A DNA stretch of 64,000 nucleotides from Isurus oxyrinchus (GCA_026770705.1 JANJGN010000242.1:186001-250000), one strand, 5' to 3'; numbered from the stretch's first letter, positions 25,987-38,256 are shown. The notes: a model not told the origin generated them from the sequence alone. Numbers and translations: made by a program.

Positions 25987-28477
25987 TTACTGTTTAAACC
26001 AGCCAGTGAACGTGGTGATGGGCCACATCAAAACCTTCCTCAGCTCCTCTCGGAACTTCTTCTGGGCCACCACATAGATGAAGACGTTGTTGCAGGAACT
26101 GACTAACTGGAGCATGTTGGCTGTCTCCTGGAGGATGTACTGCGGGTCATTAAAGTTCATGCTGTTGAAGTAGCCCTTACCTGTAATCCGCACGTAGAGG
26201 AAATGTCCGACATAGGTGGCCCACAGGAGGAGGAAGCTGAGTGCAATCGCAAAGAGCAGGATAATGGATCGTTTACGATTGACCATCTCGGGGTCTCTGT
26301 GACTCTCAGTGCCCCGGAGCCTCCTGCGGGCTCTGCTGGCTGCTAAGATGTGTCTTACTGTCAGGACATTGAGCAGCAGGATGAGGAAGAAAGGGAGAAA
26401 TGGGGTTAATATGCGGTCCAGCCAGTCATAGGCCTGCCAGGCGGGGAAAGTGAAATAGGTGGATTTGCGGTCGCAGAACCAGGGCACCCCGTCAACGATG
26501 TACAAGGGCTGGCAGACGAAGTACAAAGGGGCGTTCTTGACGCAGCTCAGGGTACTGACCACTCCTATAACCAGCACTGCTGTTTTCTCTGTGCAGTATT
26601 TGGTCTTCAGGCCCTGACAGCAGATGGCCATGAAACGGTCGATGGTGAATGCAACCGTCAGCCAGACTGAGCCATCCCGTGTGGCAAAGACCAGCATGAT
26701 GCTGACTGCACTTGCTGGGGTGGTGGACAGGACACTGTCACGAAAGTAGATCCGGCCGATCCGGTTGAGGATGGCGGCAGTGATAATGACCAGGAGATCG
26801 CTCACTGCTATCGCCACCAGGTAGTAGGTGATGCACCGGGAGAGTCCACACTGTCTTCGGGATAGGATTATGATCACCACTACGTTAGCTGATAGATGAA
26901 CGTGAGGGATAAAAAAAGTGAGATGTTACCGAGTGAACTGCAAACACCATCTTCTGCCTTATCCAATCAGTTACTGATCCCCTCCTAATCCGTCCCTTTG
27001 CCATCTCTAGACCACAAATCTTCAAAAGCCATTGGTAATTGTAAAACATCCAATTCTGGATTAGACGTGTGTCAATCCAGAAGGCATTGCAATCCGTTCC
27101 CACCACAATCTCAGCTCTCTCGTCACTGAGTCAGCCCAGGGCTATTTATCCAATTTAGGTTCATCTGAAACAGCTGCCGATACCCACATTCATACCAAAT
27201 CCTGTCCATCCATCAACCCTACGGTCGCTGATCTACATCTGGCCCCACTCGGCAACGTCTGGGTTTCAATAACCTCGGCCCTCGAATTTTAAACCCCCCC
27301 CCGCCCCATAATATCACCATGTCCTGCACTGTAACATTCTACAACTATCTGAGGCCTCAGCGTACCTCTAATCTTGTGCGTATCCCTGAAATTATCATGC
27401 TTTAACATCAGTAATGCCTTTAGTCGCTGAGGCTCTCATCTCTGAAATTCCTGCTCTCAACTTTTCTGTCTCCTCTCTTTCCTTCTTTAGGATGTTCCTC
27501 ATAACCTAACACTTTGATCAAACTTTGGGTCAAATACGTTGTTCGGTATCAAATTTGTTCAAGTTCTTGTGAAGCATCCCGACCATAAGTACTGCAATGG
27601 CTGAAGAACAAAGCGCAACTCCACCTTCCCGAGTGCAAACTAAAGATGGACAATGCATTTTGGCCTTGCCAGGGGCAGCCACATCAAGCTAATGTTTAAG
27701 AAATGTAATTATCCAAATTGTAAGAAACTACCAGCACAAGCCAAACATATAATAGAATAAAAATCTTCAATCACCACTTATTTCTCTTAAACGTTCGCAT
27801 AATCAATTCCATAACACATTAACAGTGGGGACTGCCCAGCAGGAACTCGCTATGTCGTAACTGTGACAGCCTTCCAGAAGTCACACTGCACACTCATGTG
27901 AAAACTAAATGTATTTTTACATTACGATTGATATAACATCATAATTGCATTGTATTATTTATTTTCTGTCACTGCAATAAGAGCAGGACACGAAAATGAA
28001 TTTGACCACACCATGATACGCTATTATTCCACAAAAGGAAAACACTAGGTTGCATTTCACTATATTAGAATAAAATCTAATGTTCAATAATATAACAAAT
28101 TATTGTTCAGGCAATGTCATAACTTTCAATACATATTTTGGTGATCTAATAAACAATCTGTATAAATGTTTGGCAAACTATTTTGAATAAAAGCTTGTAA
28201 TGATTCAGCATGAAAGTGCAAGTAATTGACATTAATTTACCATAACACTGTATAATATCATATAATGCATATATATATATATATATGGCCACCTGGTTTA
28301 ATTCTCTTACAATCAGTCAAAAAGTCAGCCCGATCCTGAAAAGGAAGGTGTAAAATTTATGGACACTTACAAGAAAATAAATAACTAAATTGTGATCAAT
28401 TACTTACCTGGGGCACCAATAATAGCGAGAATGGGATAGCAAGTGGCAAAGAAGAGGCCATTTGCTGGTCCATGCAT
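25987..28477 (-). CDS. Intact two-exon class A GPCR, GPR139/GPR142-like, 323 aa; join(complement 28408-28477, 25987-26888)
   Basis: Exon 1 MHGPANGLFFATCYPILAIIGAP (70 nt, G|GTAAG donor) splices in phase 1 to acceptor TCTATCAG|CT AAC GTA. Exon 2 is open: ILSRRQCGLS..ITYYLVAIAVSDLLV, SVWLTVAFTIDRFMAIC, PF.LILLLNVLTVRHIL.ASRARRRL, ANMLQLVSSCNNVFIY...KFREEL. Seven hydrophobic segments. Confidence 0.92.
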
Positions 28478-29393
28478 CCTCTTTCACAGACTAAAAAAAT
28501 CCAGGGAGCTTTAGAATTTAACACTGCATCACTTTCAAAGCGTTCCTCCTTTATTCCAAGTGAGAGTCTCCAGAGGGATAATTAAGTTGCAACATACACC
28601 TTTGATACGGTTCTGTGAACAAACAGATTTATTCCCTGTTTCTTGCAGTTGTAGCATTGGGAAGGTGGATGAGCCCATTACACGGAAAGGCGAGCTGCTG
28701 GCTGCAAATTCTGTGGTTTCCCCCCTCTCCCCAACGATGCCTTTATGCCACCACAAAGCAGAGCCCCTGATGGTAGATACTGAGCTAAGGCCCTATCTCC
28801 AACAGAAAACCTCCTCTTGCCATCTCTAACACGTGGCCAATTATTTCGTGTTTTTAGTTGTCAGATTAGTCCATGTTTTTGTTTATTAATAAATGGTTTA
28901 CTGTTTAATACTTTAATGTTACCTAACTATTTTAATAGGTTTACAGCTGAGCTATTTGAAACCACTGTTAGCTAACAAGGGATGACATCTGAAATGGAGA
29001 CCATCACACAGAACTTCTAGATCATATGGAAACTGTTCGTTTCTCCTGATAAACCATAAATATAAGAAGAGGCTCCAACTACAGAGTTTCTGATACAGCT
29101 GCAATTGACAAATGGTTTGGTGCAATATAAGCAGAGGCATTGACATTGAATTAATAGCTGAAAAATAGATTCGAAATATAGAATCAAGTGCGCAGGCAAT
29201 GCAGACACAGTTAAAGTAAAGTAGAAAGATGCATGTTCCATTACGATAATAACTGAGATAGAGCCGACTGGAAGGTGAACAGTGGCAGGTGTAATGTAAT
29301 ATAAAAAAGAGAAATGATTTCGTTTCAGTAATAATTAAGAAAGAGTCTAGTGCAATGTAAACTCAGGCATGCCCCGAATGAAACATTATACTT

Positions 29394-30035
29394 TCCAAAC
29401 TCCACCCTGCTCTCAAGCCCCAATGTCCATCCTTGGCCTGCTGCAATGTTCCAGTGAAGGTCAACGCAAACTGGAGGAACAGCATTTCATCTTCCGACTA
29501 GGCAAGCTACAGCATTCCGGACTTAATGTTGAGCTCAACAACTTCAGATCATGAACTGTCTCCTCCATCCCCACCCGGTTTCCGAACCCCTTTTTCTAAT
29601 AATTTATAAATTTTGAAATATATTTTCCTTTTCCCGCATATTTTTAAATTTATTTCGATCTATAGTTTTATCTCCACCTTATAGCCCATTTCGATCCCTT
29701 CCACCCACCCCACCCCATTAGGGCCATCTGCCACTAACTTGTCCTGCTTTCTACCCTTAATGTCCCCATTAGCACATCTCTTAGATAATATCACCACCAT
29801 CAACACCCCTTTGTCCTTTTGTCTATGACGTCTTTGGCAATCTCTTCTTTGCCTCCTCCTATCACTGGCCTCTACCCAGTGGTACCTGACCCACCCCCTT
29901 CAACCAGCTTATATTTCACCACATTTCTATATTTCTTTAGTTCTGATGAAGAGTCATACTGACTCGAAACGTTAACTGTGTTCCTCTCCGCAGAAGCTGT
30001 CAGACCTGCTGAGCTTTTCCAGCTATTTCTGTTTT
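29394..30035 (+). mobile_element. Penelope-like element 3' fragment (GIY-YIG C-terminus and pLTR) with target-site duplication
   Basis: LGLLQCSSEGQRKLEEQHFIFRLGKLQHSGLNVELNNFRS*. Flanks GAAACATTATACTT (29380-29393) and GGAACATTACACTT (30036-30049). Confidence 0.8.
29939..29977 (+). ncRNA. Minimal type I hammerhead ribozyme motif in the Penelope pLTR
   Basis: AGTT-CTGATGA-A-GAGTCA-tac-TGACTC-GAAA-CGTT-AACT: intact CUGAUGA and GAAA boxes, 6-bp stem II, short stem I (AGTT/AACT), palindromic ACGT in place of stem III. Confidence 0.7.
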
Positions 30036-32277
30036 GGAACATTACACTTGATATTTTATAGGAATATAGACAATACCTCCTGCAATGACAATGTTGTCTC
30101 GGCAAGTCATTACTGCACATGGCTTAAAAGAATGCAGCAGTAAATGAGACAGGGTCAATGTGATATATATGCGTCACCCAATGCAGTAATAATTTAATAA
30201 CTGGTAATAACTGGTGCAGTCTAAATCAGGACATGGTCTAGCTTAACGTTGGCAGACACAGAATTGAATGTAATATAAATAGGGGTATGATATATTGTAA
30301 TATAAACTGTAACAAAGATGAACAATGACAGTGTCTAGAGTAGCACTAACTTAAAAAGGGTCTAGCGTAAAGGAAACAAACGCATAGACATAGACATAGA
30401 AACGGCCTCCTATCATATAAACAGATACAAGATCGAGTGCGATAATAAATGAGACAGGGTCAATTGTTATACAGCCAGAGGTAGAATCTTGTGCAATGAT
30501 TACTTGGATAGATGGCCATTTTATTAATCAAGAAGTCGTGGACGAGAATAATCATAATCAGGGCCTGGTGAAACAGTAAATGAGACAGAGCCTACTGTAA
30601 TAATCAAGGAGCCAGAGACTAATGAAATAATAGTGAGGGTCTGTAGAAACATAACCACAGGCAGAAGGTAATGTGGTAATCGAGGAGACAGGGACTAATG
30701 AAATAATAAACAGGGTCGGGCCAAATATTATCAGTGTCACACCGATGTCTATCTATCAATGACAAAAGGCAGAAAATAATAATCAGGGCCTGGCAAAACA
30801 CTAACAGAGGCAGAGCCTCTGGCCACAATCAAGGGCAGGATTAGTACAATTAGAATCCGGACCTGATGAAACACGAACAGAGGCTCAAATTTCATTACAA
30901 GTTTAATCTCACGATTTAGTTTCTGCGCAAATGCGCCTAAAGCTGTGACTTCTCTGGTAAGTTCCATGCTGATCTGTAAATCGCTCGGCAGAAAAAAACA
31001 GTTATTTCAACTGTCAGATAAGCAGTTGTTTTGCCCAGAGATAAAACAATAACCAACTTATAACGAACCTGGTGGATATTGGCACAAAATGGTAAACAAC
31101 GGGCACTATGATGAGAGTCACCTATTTGGGTGAATATTTGGACATTGCGGACACCCTGTTGTGCTGGAAGGTCAATAGGAATATCAAGTATGTTTCTGTG
31201 AAGTGCAGTCGATTAGTTCTGCGTGACTTCCGTTCGGCCTTGCTTGTGTGCCGCACAGTCATCCATTTTTGTGCGGCCAGACGCTATCGGGAATTGCCCG
31301 TTTTTTCCGTTATTGACATTTCGATGTCTGCCTGTAATATTGCACAGTCCCTTTCCCATCAACTCAGTCATGTCCTGGAGTCTTTACTCGCAGACTCTGT
31401 CACTGTTAATGATGATTCTGAATATTATAGAACTGGAAATCAATCCTCACTGAATTGAAACATCATTTTAAAGGCAAAACACAGAAGGGAAGCGTTTGTT
31501 TAAATTAGAGAGGGGGGTTGTTTTTCGCGTATGTTGTGTATATCTGCCTGGATGTTGTCAGTGGGCTGTATGATATTGCACCCTGATCCTCAGCTGCTGG
31601 ACTGAGGGAAGCAGCGGCGCCTCAGACTCTCTCCTTCAGATCAGACATTTAACCCAGATCCCGGTCGACCCCTTTCAGAATGTTAACGAATTCCTGGCAG
31701 TATTGTAATGAGTGGAAATAAGACCACACAGTAAATACACATGGAACCAGCTACCAGCTCCTTACTACAGGGGGAAGGAGGGCAGCAGCACCTACTGACA
31801 GAACCACGTCCATCTCACACCCTGGTCAACAGAGAAATGTGGAAGGGGATTTAACATCCAACTCCAGGGAAGCGAGAGATAGCTGTAAGCTTCCCTCATT
31901 CAGCCTGAGGGTTATTCACACAACACACAACCAGAGACCGTGGATCCTTGCGGCCCACCACTGATCTCGCGGACACTGCCCTCTGCAAGTCAACAATAGC
32001 CCACATTAAGCAGGGCATCCCAAACTATGTGTCGCGCGACGCCCAGTGGGGTTACGAGGCCGGATTCGGATGTCGTGAGTTCCGAAGCAGCAACAGACTG
32101 AGTGCAACAGCTCCGTTTGAACCCTCGATTTATTTGAACGGCAGGCGTGGCCTAATTTACCGATTTTCGTGCCTAAAATCTTTCAGTCCAGCTCTGAGGT
32201 CCGGCCTTCCAGTGCAGTCCAGGGCTGGAGTCTCCAAATTCCCCGTCAAACAAACCCTCAGCTCTAGGCAGCAGAAC

Positions 32278-32746
32278 GATGAGAGGTGAGAATCCTCGTT
32301 GTTTTCAACCTGTGTGTCTGTTTACCCCGTGAGTACCGATCACTCAAACCGACATTGTATGGATTTCATTTAAAGCTGCCCGAGTTCATCCCAATTACAG
32401 ACACTATTTGGAGGTTTAAGCCGGTTCTCTGATTTGGTCCTGATGGCACATTAAACTGTTTAATTTCCAGGAGTTTTCAGTACAGTTAGTGACACAAACC
32501 CCAGCAGCGGTGACCTGGAAGGAGTATCAATCTCTCACGATCACCTGTGTTTTCCATGCTGGTTATTGGGATATTTTCCAAACGGGGCTTTTCATCAGAC
32601 AAACCCAGTCCGAGGCAGAGTGGGAGCGGGTCTCCGAGGGTGGGAGATTTGTTGTGTCAATGAATAAAACAGAAAATACATTTTCGTTGGAAATTCGGGA
32701 TGTGAAAGTTGAAGACACTATTACTGTAAAGCTCAGTACTACGTTA
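32278..32746 (+). pseudogene. NAR-TCR-type V segment 1 (leader and V exon), frameshifted
   Basis: VTQTPAAVTWKEYQSLTITCVFHAGYWDIFQTGLFIRQTQSEAEWERVSEGGRFVVSMNKTENTFSLEIRDVKVEDT/YYCKAQYY. VNAR-like, with no CDR2 and GGRF..S.N. A 7-nt deletion before YYC relative to the 45 kb copy; the leader is out of frame with its ATG. Confidence 0.88.
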
Positions 32747-32784
32747 CACAGCGACTGGCCTCAGCTTCCCGCGATACAAAAACT
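32747..32784 (+). promoter_or_regulatory. RSS with 22-bp spacer (NAR V1)
   Basis: CACAGCG - 22 nt - ACAAAAACT. Confidence 0.9.
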
Positions 32785-32984
32785 CTCACTGCAGATTATC
32801 ACAGAAACAAGTGAAAAAGCGGAGTTACTCTGCCCTTAAACGCCCACAGTTCCGCCTCACACCGTCTGCCCCACAGTCTGGTTTAGAATGAGATTGGTTT
32901 ATACCCATTAACATCGAGTTTTCAAACTACCACCTGTGTGCGGATGATGAAAGCTTCCCCAGGATTGGTGTCGTGAAACAGAGG

Positions 32985-35480
32985 AACATAGAAACATAGC
33001 AATAGGAGCAGGAGTAGACCGTTCGGCCCTTCGATCTTGCTCCGCCATTCAATATTATCATGGTTGATCCTCGATTTAAACACCGTATACCCGGGTTCTG
33101 TCCATACCACTTGATGCCACTAATATCCAAAAATGTTTCGATTTTTCATGAATATACTCAGTGACCCAGCCTCCACAGCCTTCTTTGGTTGAGAATTACA
33201 CAGGTTGACCACCTTCTGGGTGAAGGAATGTTCCTCATTTCGGTCTTAAATAGCCTTCCCCGTATCCTGAAACTGTGGCTCCTGGTTCTAGACTCCCCAA
33301 CGAGAGGAAACATCCTCCCTGCATCTAGTCTGTCTAGCGCTGTTAGAATTATATGTGTTTCAATCAGATCCCCTCTCATTCTTCTAAAGTCTAGTGAATA
33401 CAGGCCCAGTCTAACTAATCTCTCCTCATACGACAGTCCTGGCATCAGCCTACTGAACATTCGCTGCACTCCCTCTATGCCACATATATCCTTTCTTGCG
33501 TAGAGAGACCAAAACTGCACGCAACGCTCCAGGTGTGTTCTCACCAAGGTCCTGTGCAACTACAGTAAAACATCCCTACTTCTGAACTCAAATCCCCTTG
33601 AAATGAAGGCCAACATACCATTTGCCTTCCTAATTGCTGTACCTGCCTGTTTAGTTTCATTGGCTGTTGTACAACGACACCCAGACTCCTTCGTACAACT
33701 ATATTTCCCAATTTATCACCATTTAAATAATACTCTGCCTTTCTGTTTTTTACACCGAAGCATAAAACTTTATATTTATCCGCGTTATACTACATTTGCT
33801 GTGTGTTTGCCCACACACAAACACAACTTGTCTAACTTGCTCTGAATCTCTCTTGCATACTCCTCACTTCTCACAACCCCGCTCAGTTTTGTGTCGTTAG
33901 CAAACTTGGAAATATTGCATTTGGTTTCCTCATCCAAATTATCTATATATGTTGTGAATAACTGGGGCTCAAGCACTGATCCCTGGCGGTACACCACTAG
34001 TCACGTCCTGTCACCTGGAAAAAGACCCATTATTCCCACTGCCTGTTTCTGGTCTGTCAATCAATTCTCAATCCAAGCCAATATGTCACCTCCAATCCCA
34101 TGTGCTTTATTTTTGCCCACTAGCTTCCTATGCGGGACCTTATCAAAGCCTTCTTGAAATCCAAATACACCACATGGTTCTCCCTTAGCTCTTCTACTAG
34201 TCACATCTTCAAAAAAGCTCGAGTAGATTAGTTAAACATGATTTCCCTTTCATAATCCAATGCTGACTTTGTCTCATCCCGTTGATGCTTTCCAAGTGTT
34301 CAGTTACCACGACTTTTACAGCAGACTCTTGTATTTTCCCCACTACTGATGTGAGGCTAACTGGTCTGTAATTATTTGTTTTTTTTCTCCGTCCTTTTTT
34401 AAAATAATGAGGTTACATTTGCCACTCTCCAATATGTAGGAACTGTTCCAGAGTCTATAAATTTTGGAAGGTGACCACCGATGCATCCAATATTTCCAGG
34501 TCCACTTCCTTCAGAACTCTGGGATGTGGATTATCAGGCCCTGGGGAATTTTCAGACTTTAACCCCATTAATTTCTCCAGCACAATTTTTTTCACTAATG
34601 CTGATTTCCTTCAATTCCTTGTACTCACTAGATCCTTGGTTCCCTAACATTTCTGGGAAATTATTTGTATTGCCTTTTGTGAAGGCAGAACCAACATATC
34701 TCTGTAATCCTTCTGCCATTTCTTTGTTCCCAATTATAGTTTCCCCCATTTCTAACTGTTTGTTTACTAATCTTTTTTTCTTTGCATATTTAAGGAAGTT
34801 TTTACAATCAGTTTCTATGTTCCCTGCAAATTTACTCTCATACTCCTTTGTCCCCTTCTTGATCAATCTTTTTTCCAGTTTTGCTGAATTCTAAATTGCT
34901 TCCAACCCACAGGATTGAAGCTTTTTCTGGAAATTTTTTATGTCTACTCGTTGGATCTAATACTATCCCTAATTTCCTTTATCATCCATGGCTGAACCAT
35001 CTTTCCTATATTACTTATGCGCCAGACAGGAATGAATAATTGTTGTAATTCATGCCTACGTTCCTTAAATATTAACAATTGCAGATCTACTGTCAACCCT
35101 TTTCGTAAAGTTCCCCAAACAATCATTGCCAACTCTCTCCTCATAACCGTGCAGTTTGCTTTATTTAGATTCAGGACACTAGTTTCGGATTCAACTCCTT
35201 CACTCTCCTTCTTAATGAACAATTCTATCATGTTATTGTAGCTCTTCCCCCAGGGACCCTGTACAACAAGGTTGTTAATTAATCCTTTCTCATTGCACAA
35301 TAGGCAGTCTCGGATAACCTGCTCTCCAGTTGGCTCCACAACATATTGCCCTAAAAAACCATCACGTACAGACTCCAGGAAATCCTCCTCCACAGTATTA
35401 TTGCTAGTTTGGTTGTCCAATCAATATGTAGATTAAAGTCACCCATGATTACTGTTGTACTCTTATTGCATACGTCTCTA
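32985..35480 (-). mobile_element. CR1 LINE (5'-truncated ORF2) inserted between NAR V1 and D1
   Basis: RT/EN motifs (QGSVLEPQLF, KFANDTKL, RLGLYSLDFRRMRGDLIET) and a (TTCTATGT)-type tail. Absent from the paralogous cassette at 45.4 kb. Confidence 0.9.
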
Positions 35481-35640
35481 ACTCAGTAATTTATTTTCTA
35501 ATTCCTGAATGAGGATTGGGAATCACTGATCCTAGTTACAAACCCCTAACACCAGATGTGATCCTGTTGTAACAGCTGGAAGCGGGAACCGCAGTCCCCG
35601 CTGTTTAACTAATGTACCCACATCTCACCAAGTATCCACG

Positions 35641-35699
35641 GTACTTTATACTAATTTGTAACACGGGCAGTCACAGTGGGAGAGCGCAGGGCAAATGCC
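35641..35699 (+). pseudogene. NAR-TCR D segment 1, 5' heptamer and part of D deleted; 3' 12-RSS intact
   Basis: ...ACTAATTTGTAA-CAC-GGGCAGT-CACAGTG-12 nt-GCAAATGCC; aligns to D2 at 45546-45618 with a 14-nt deletion. Confidence 0.8.
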
Positions 35700-36007
35700 T
35701 TTGTAAACATCAATTCTCTGGGCCCAGATAGTGAATTGTCCAGTTGATGGTATTATCGTTGCAATATGGTTACATTTCATTGCAATTTCCACCATTGAGT
35801 TATCTTTCTTTGATATTTTTCTCGGCTTTTATGAAGCGAACATCTCGTTCCAAGGGACCATTTACTCAGAGCTCAGGGCCTCACAAAGAACATTTTGAAC
35901 CGATAGAGACTTTGAAACATTGAATATTGATTATGCATTTAAACCCACTGTATAATTGTGAGGTGTCTAGTGCTTGATGATGATTTTCCGGCAGTTTGAG
36001 TTGTCGA

Positions 36008-36085
36008 TGATTTTGTACCTGGGTGAGTGAGAGTGGCGTGCTAATTATGTAGATGGATCCGGGACGATGGTGACTGTCACAGCCA
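36008..36085 (+). pseudogene. NAR-TCR J segment 1, heptamer deleted
   Basis: Nonamer-like TGATTTTGT and spacer present, CACTGTG missing. Coding NYVDGSGTMVTVTA followed by GTAAG donor. Confidence 0.85.
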
Positions 36086-37495
36086 GTAAGTGACTCTGTA
36101 GCCCGCATGTTGCACACTGTGCCGGATAATGTTCACCATCAGCTTGTTATTGTGATCAGCATCGTTTCAATCACATCGAAGCTAAAAAAAAAGAAAAGAT
36201 TTCTAAGGGATCTTTTCCGTTGCATGCTTCGATTTGGGAACAGGTTTATGAATCGACATTCTGGTCATTTTACCCGCCATGTCTTTCAATTGTCTTCATA
36301 CACCCGATCACTTTCCTCCTTTTACGGCCTCAGACCGAAATGTGAAAGTTTCGAACTGCAGGCACTTCTCTATATTGAATTTCGATGTTTGAGAGATGGG
36401 ATTGCTGTGGTTTATCTGTATCCCTGATTACTGTGAATTGAAATAGCACAGTGCAGTGAGAAAGTGAGGATGATGCATTAATCTTATAAAGGAGAACAGG
36501 GACATAAGGGAACAGCTATAAACTGAGAGAATGTTCATTTAAACCAGCAAGAAATAATTAATCGAATGGGAGAGAAGGATTGGATGATCTCTGGACCATT
36601 AAAAGTACAATCCGAGCCTAGGGTGGTGCGTGATGTTTATGGAGAGAAGGACTCCAGTTTGGAATTCTGTGTAAAGTCCGGTCTCTTTCTTAGTGAAGTT
36701 TCTTCATGCTTTGTAACAAATGTTCATCAGACTAATTCCTGAGGGAAAGGGATTGTCCTATGAGAAGGGATTGAGTAGACTGGGCCTGTGTTCCCTAGAG
36801 TTTACAGGAATGAGGGGCGATCTCATGAGAATTCATAATATCCTTAAGGGGCTTGAGACGGAAGATTCTAGGTGGGAGTTTCCTCAGGTTGGAAAGTCTA
36901 TAATTGGGAGCCACAGTTTCAGCATAAGGGGTCGGCCATTAGAACTAAGAGAGATTATTCAATCAATGCTCATTAATCACAATCGCTTTCATTTTGTTCA
37001 TACTGTGCGCATTGATGCTGATGTGGATTGTCCCGTACAATGATTTTTTGGAAACTGATTGCCTCACTGATAATAAATGTTCCCTCGGGGTGTCACTTAC
37101 CAAGGAAAATAGAAGCAGAAATGTAATATACAACATAGAACCATGCCGAGAGGTAGGATTAAATTTGGACCAAAGTACAGACCAATTTCTACCAAAACGC
37201 ATGTATTTCCTCATGAGGCTGCACATTTTTCCTGTTGCAACACAGATACATCATCCGTTTGAAAGTTCCCACAGAGTCTGTTCGCACCACCCATTCTGAC
37301 CGCGCAGTGCAGATTGGAAAAATTCTCGATGCGGAAGAAAATTGTCATCTCTGCACTTAATCACATTTCAATGACTGTAAATACGGTTGGAACAGGTTTC
37401 AAGTTAAGAAAAACGAACTTTTCATGTCATTGACAAATTCTCCCAGGTTAACAATGGCCAAGCAAACAAATAATGTTCATTTTTTTATTCTCCAG

Positions 37496-37590
37496 ATTCC
37501 AGTTCCCTGGTGTCTTGGTGCCCGCCTCTACAAACCTCTGTTGTCGGTGACACCGTTACCTGAAGCAGCGAATGTTCAGCGTTAGACCAT
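37496..37590 (+). pseudogene. Leaderless supporting TCR Vdelta remnant (FR1 only)
   Basis: Strong acceptor TTTTTTATTCTCCAG, then in phase 1 xSSSLVSWCPPLQTSVVGDTVT*SSECSA (V FR1-like). Lies 1.4 kb after J1 with no leader seen. The rest of the V is deleted up to an RSS spacer. Confidence 0.65.
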
Positions 37591-37789
37591 GGAGAGAGCT
37601 GTACAGAAACCTGAACATGGTGGGATTACAGACACACGGTGATATAGAGCGCGGAGAGAGCTGTGGAAAAACCTGAACATGGTGAGATTACAGACACACA
37701 GTGATACAGAGAACGGAGAGAGCTCTACAAAAACCTGAACAAAGTGGGGATTCCAGATACACAGTGATACAGAGCACAGAGAAAGTGTC
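37591..37789 (+). repeat. 62-bp tandem repeat whose unit is a 23-spacer RSS plus a 23-24-nt linker
   Basis: ACAGAAACC (37603-11); CACGGTG-23-GGAAAAACC (37635-73); CACAGTG-23-ACAAAAACC (37697-735, exact consensus); CACAGTG-23 nt (37760-89) running into (GATA)n. Confidence 0.9.
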
Positions 37790-37842
37790 GATAGATAAAT
37801 AGATGGATTGATAGATAGATGGATAGATAGATAGATAGTTGG

Positions 37843-38256
37843 NNNNNNNNNNNNNNNNNNNNNNNNNNNNNNNNNNNNNNNNNNNNNNNNNNNNNNNNNN
37901 NNNNNNNNNNNNNNNNNNNNNNNNNNNNNNNNNNNNNNNNNNNNNNNNNNNNNNNNNNNNNNNNNNNNNNNNNNNNNNNNNNNNNNNNNNNNNNNNNNNN
38001 NNNNNNNNNNNNNNNNNNNNNNNNNNNNNNNNNNNNNNNNNNNNNNNNNNNNNNNNNNNNNNNNNNNNNNNNNNNNNNNNNNNNNNNNNNNNNNNNNNNN
38101 NNNNNNNNNNNNNNNNNNNNNNNNNNNNNNNNNNNNNNNNNNNNNNNNNNNNNNNNNNNNNNNNNNNNNNNNNNNNNNNNNNNNNNNNNNNNNNNNNNNN
38201 NNNNNNNNNNNNNNNNNNNNNNNNNNNNNNNNNNNNNNNNNNNNNNNNNNNNNNNN
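37843..38256. other. Assembly gap (414 N) preceded by a (GATA)n microsatellite
   Basis: Run of N. Confidence 1.

Noticed and set aside
31108-31458. Possible V relic (SRLVLRD...VIHFCAARR)
   Set aside because: No FR1 Cys/WY.Q pattern or RSS; similarity could be chance.
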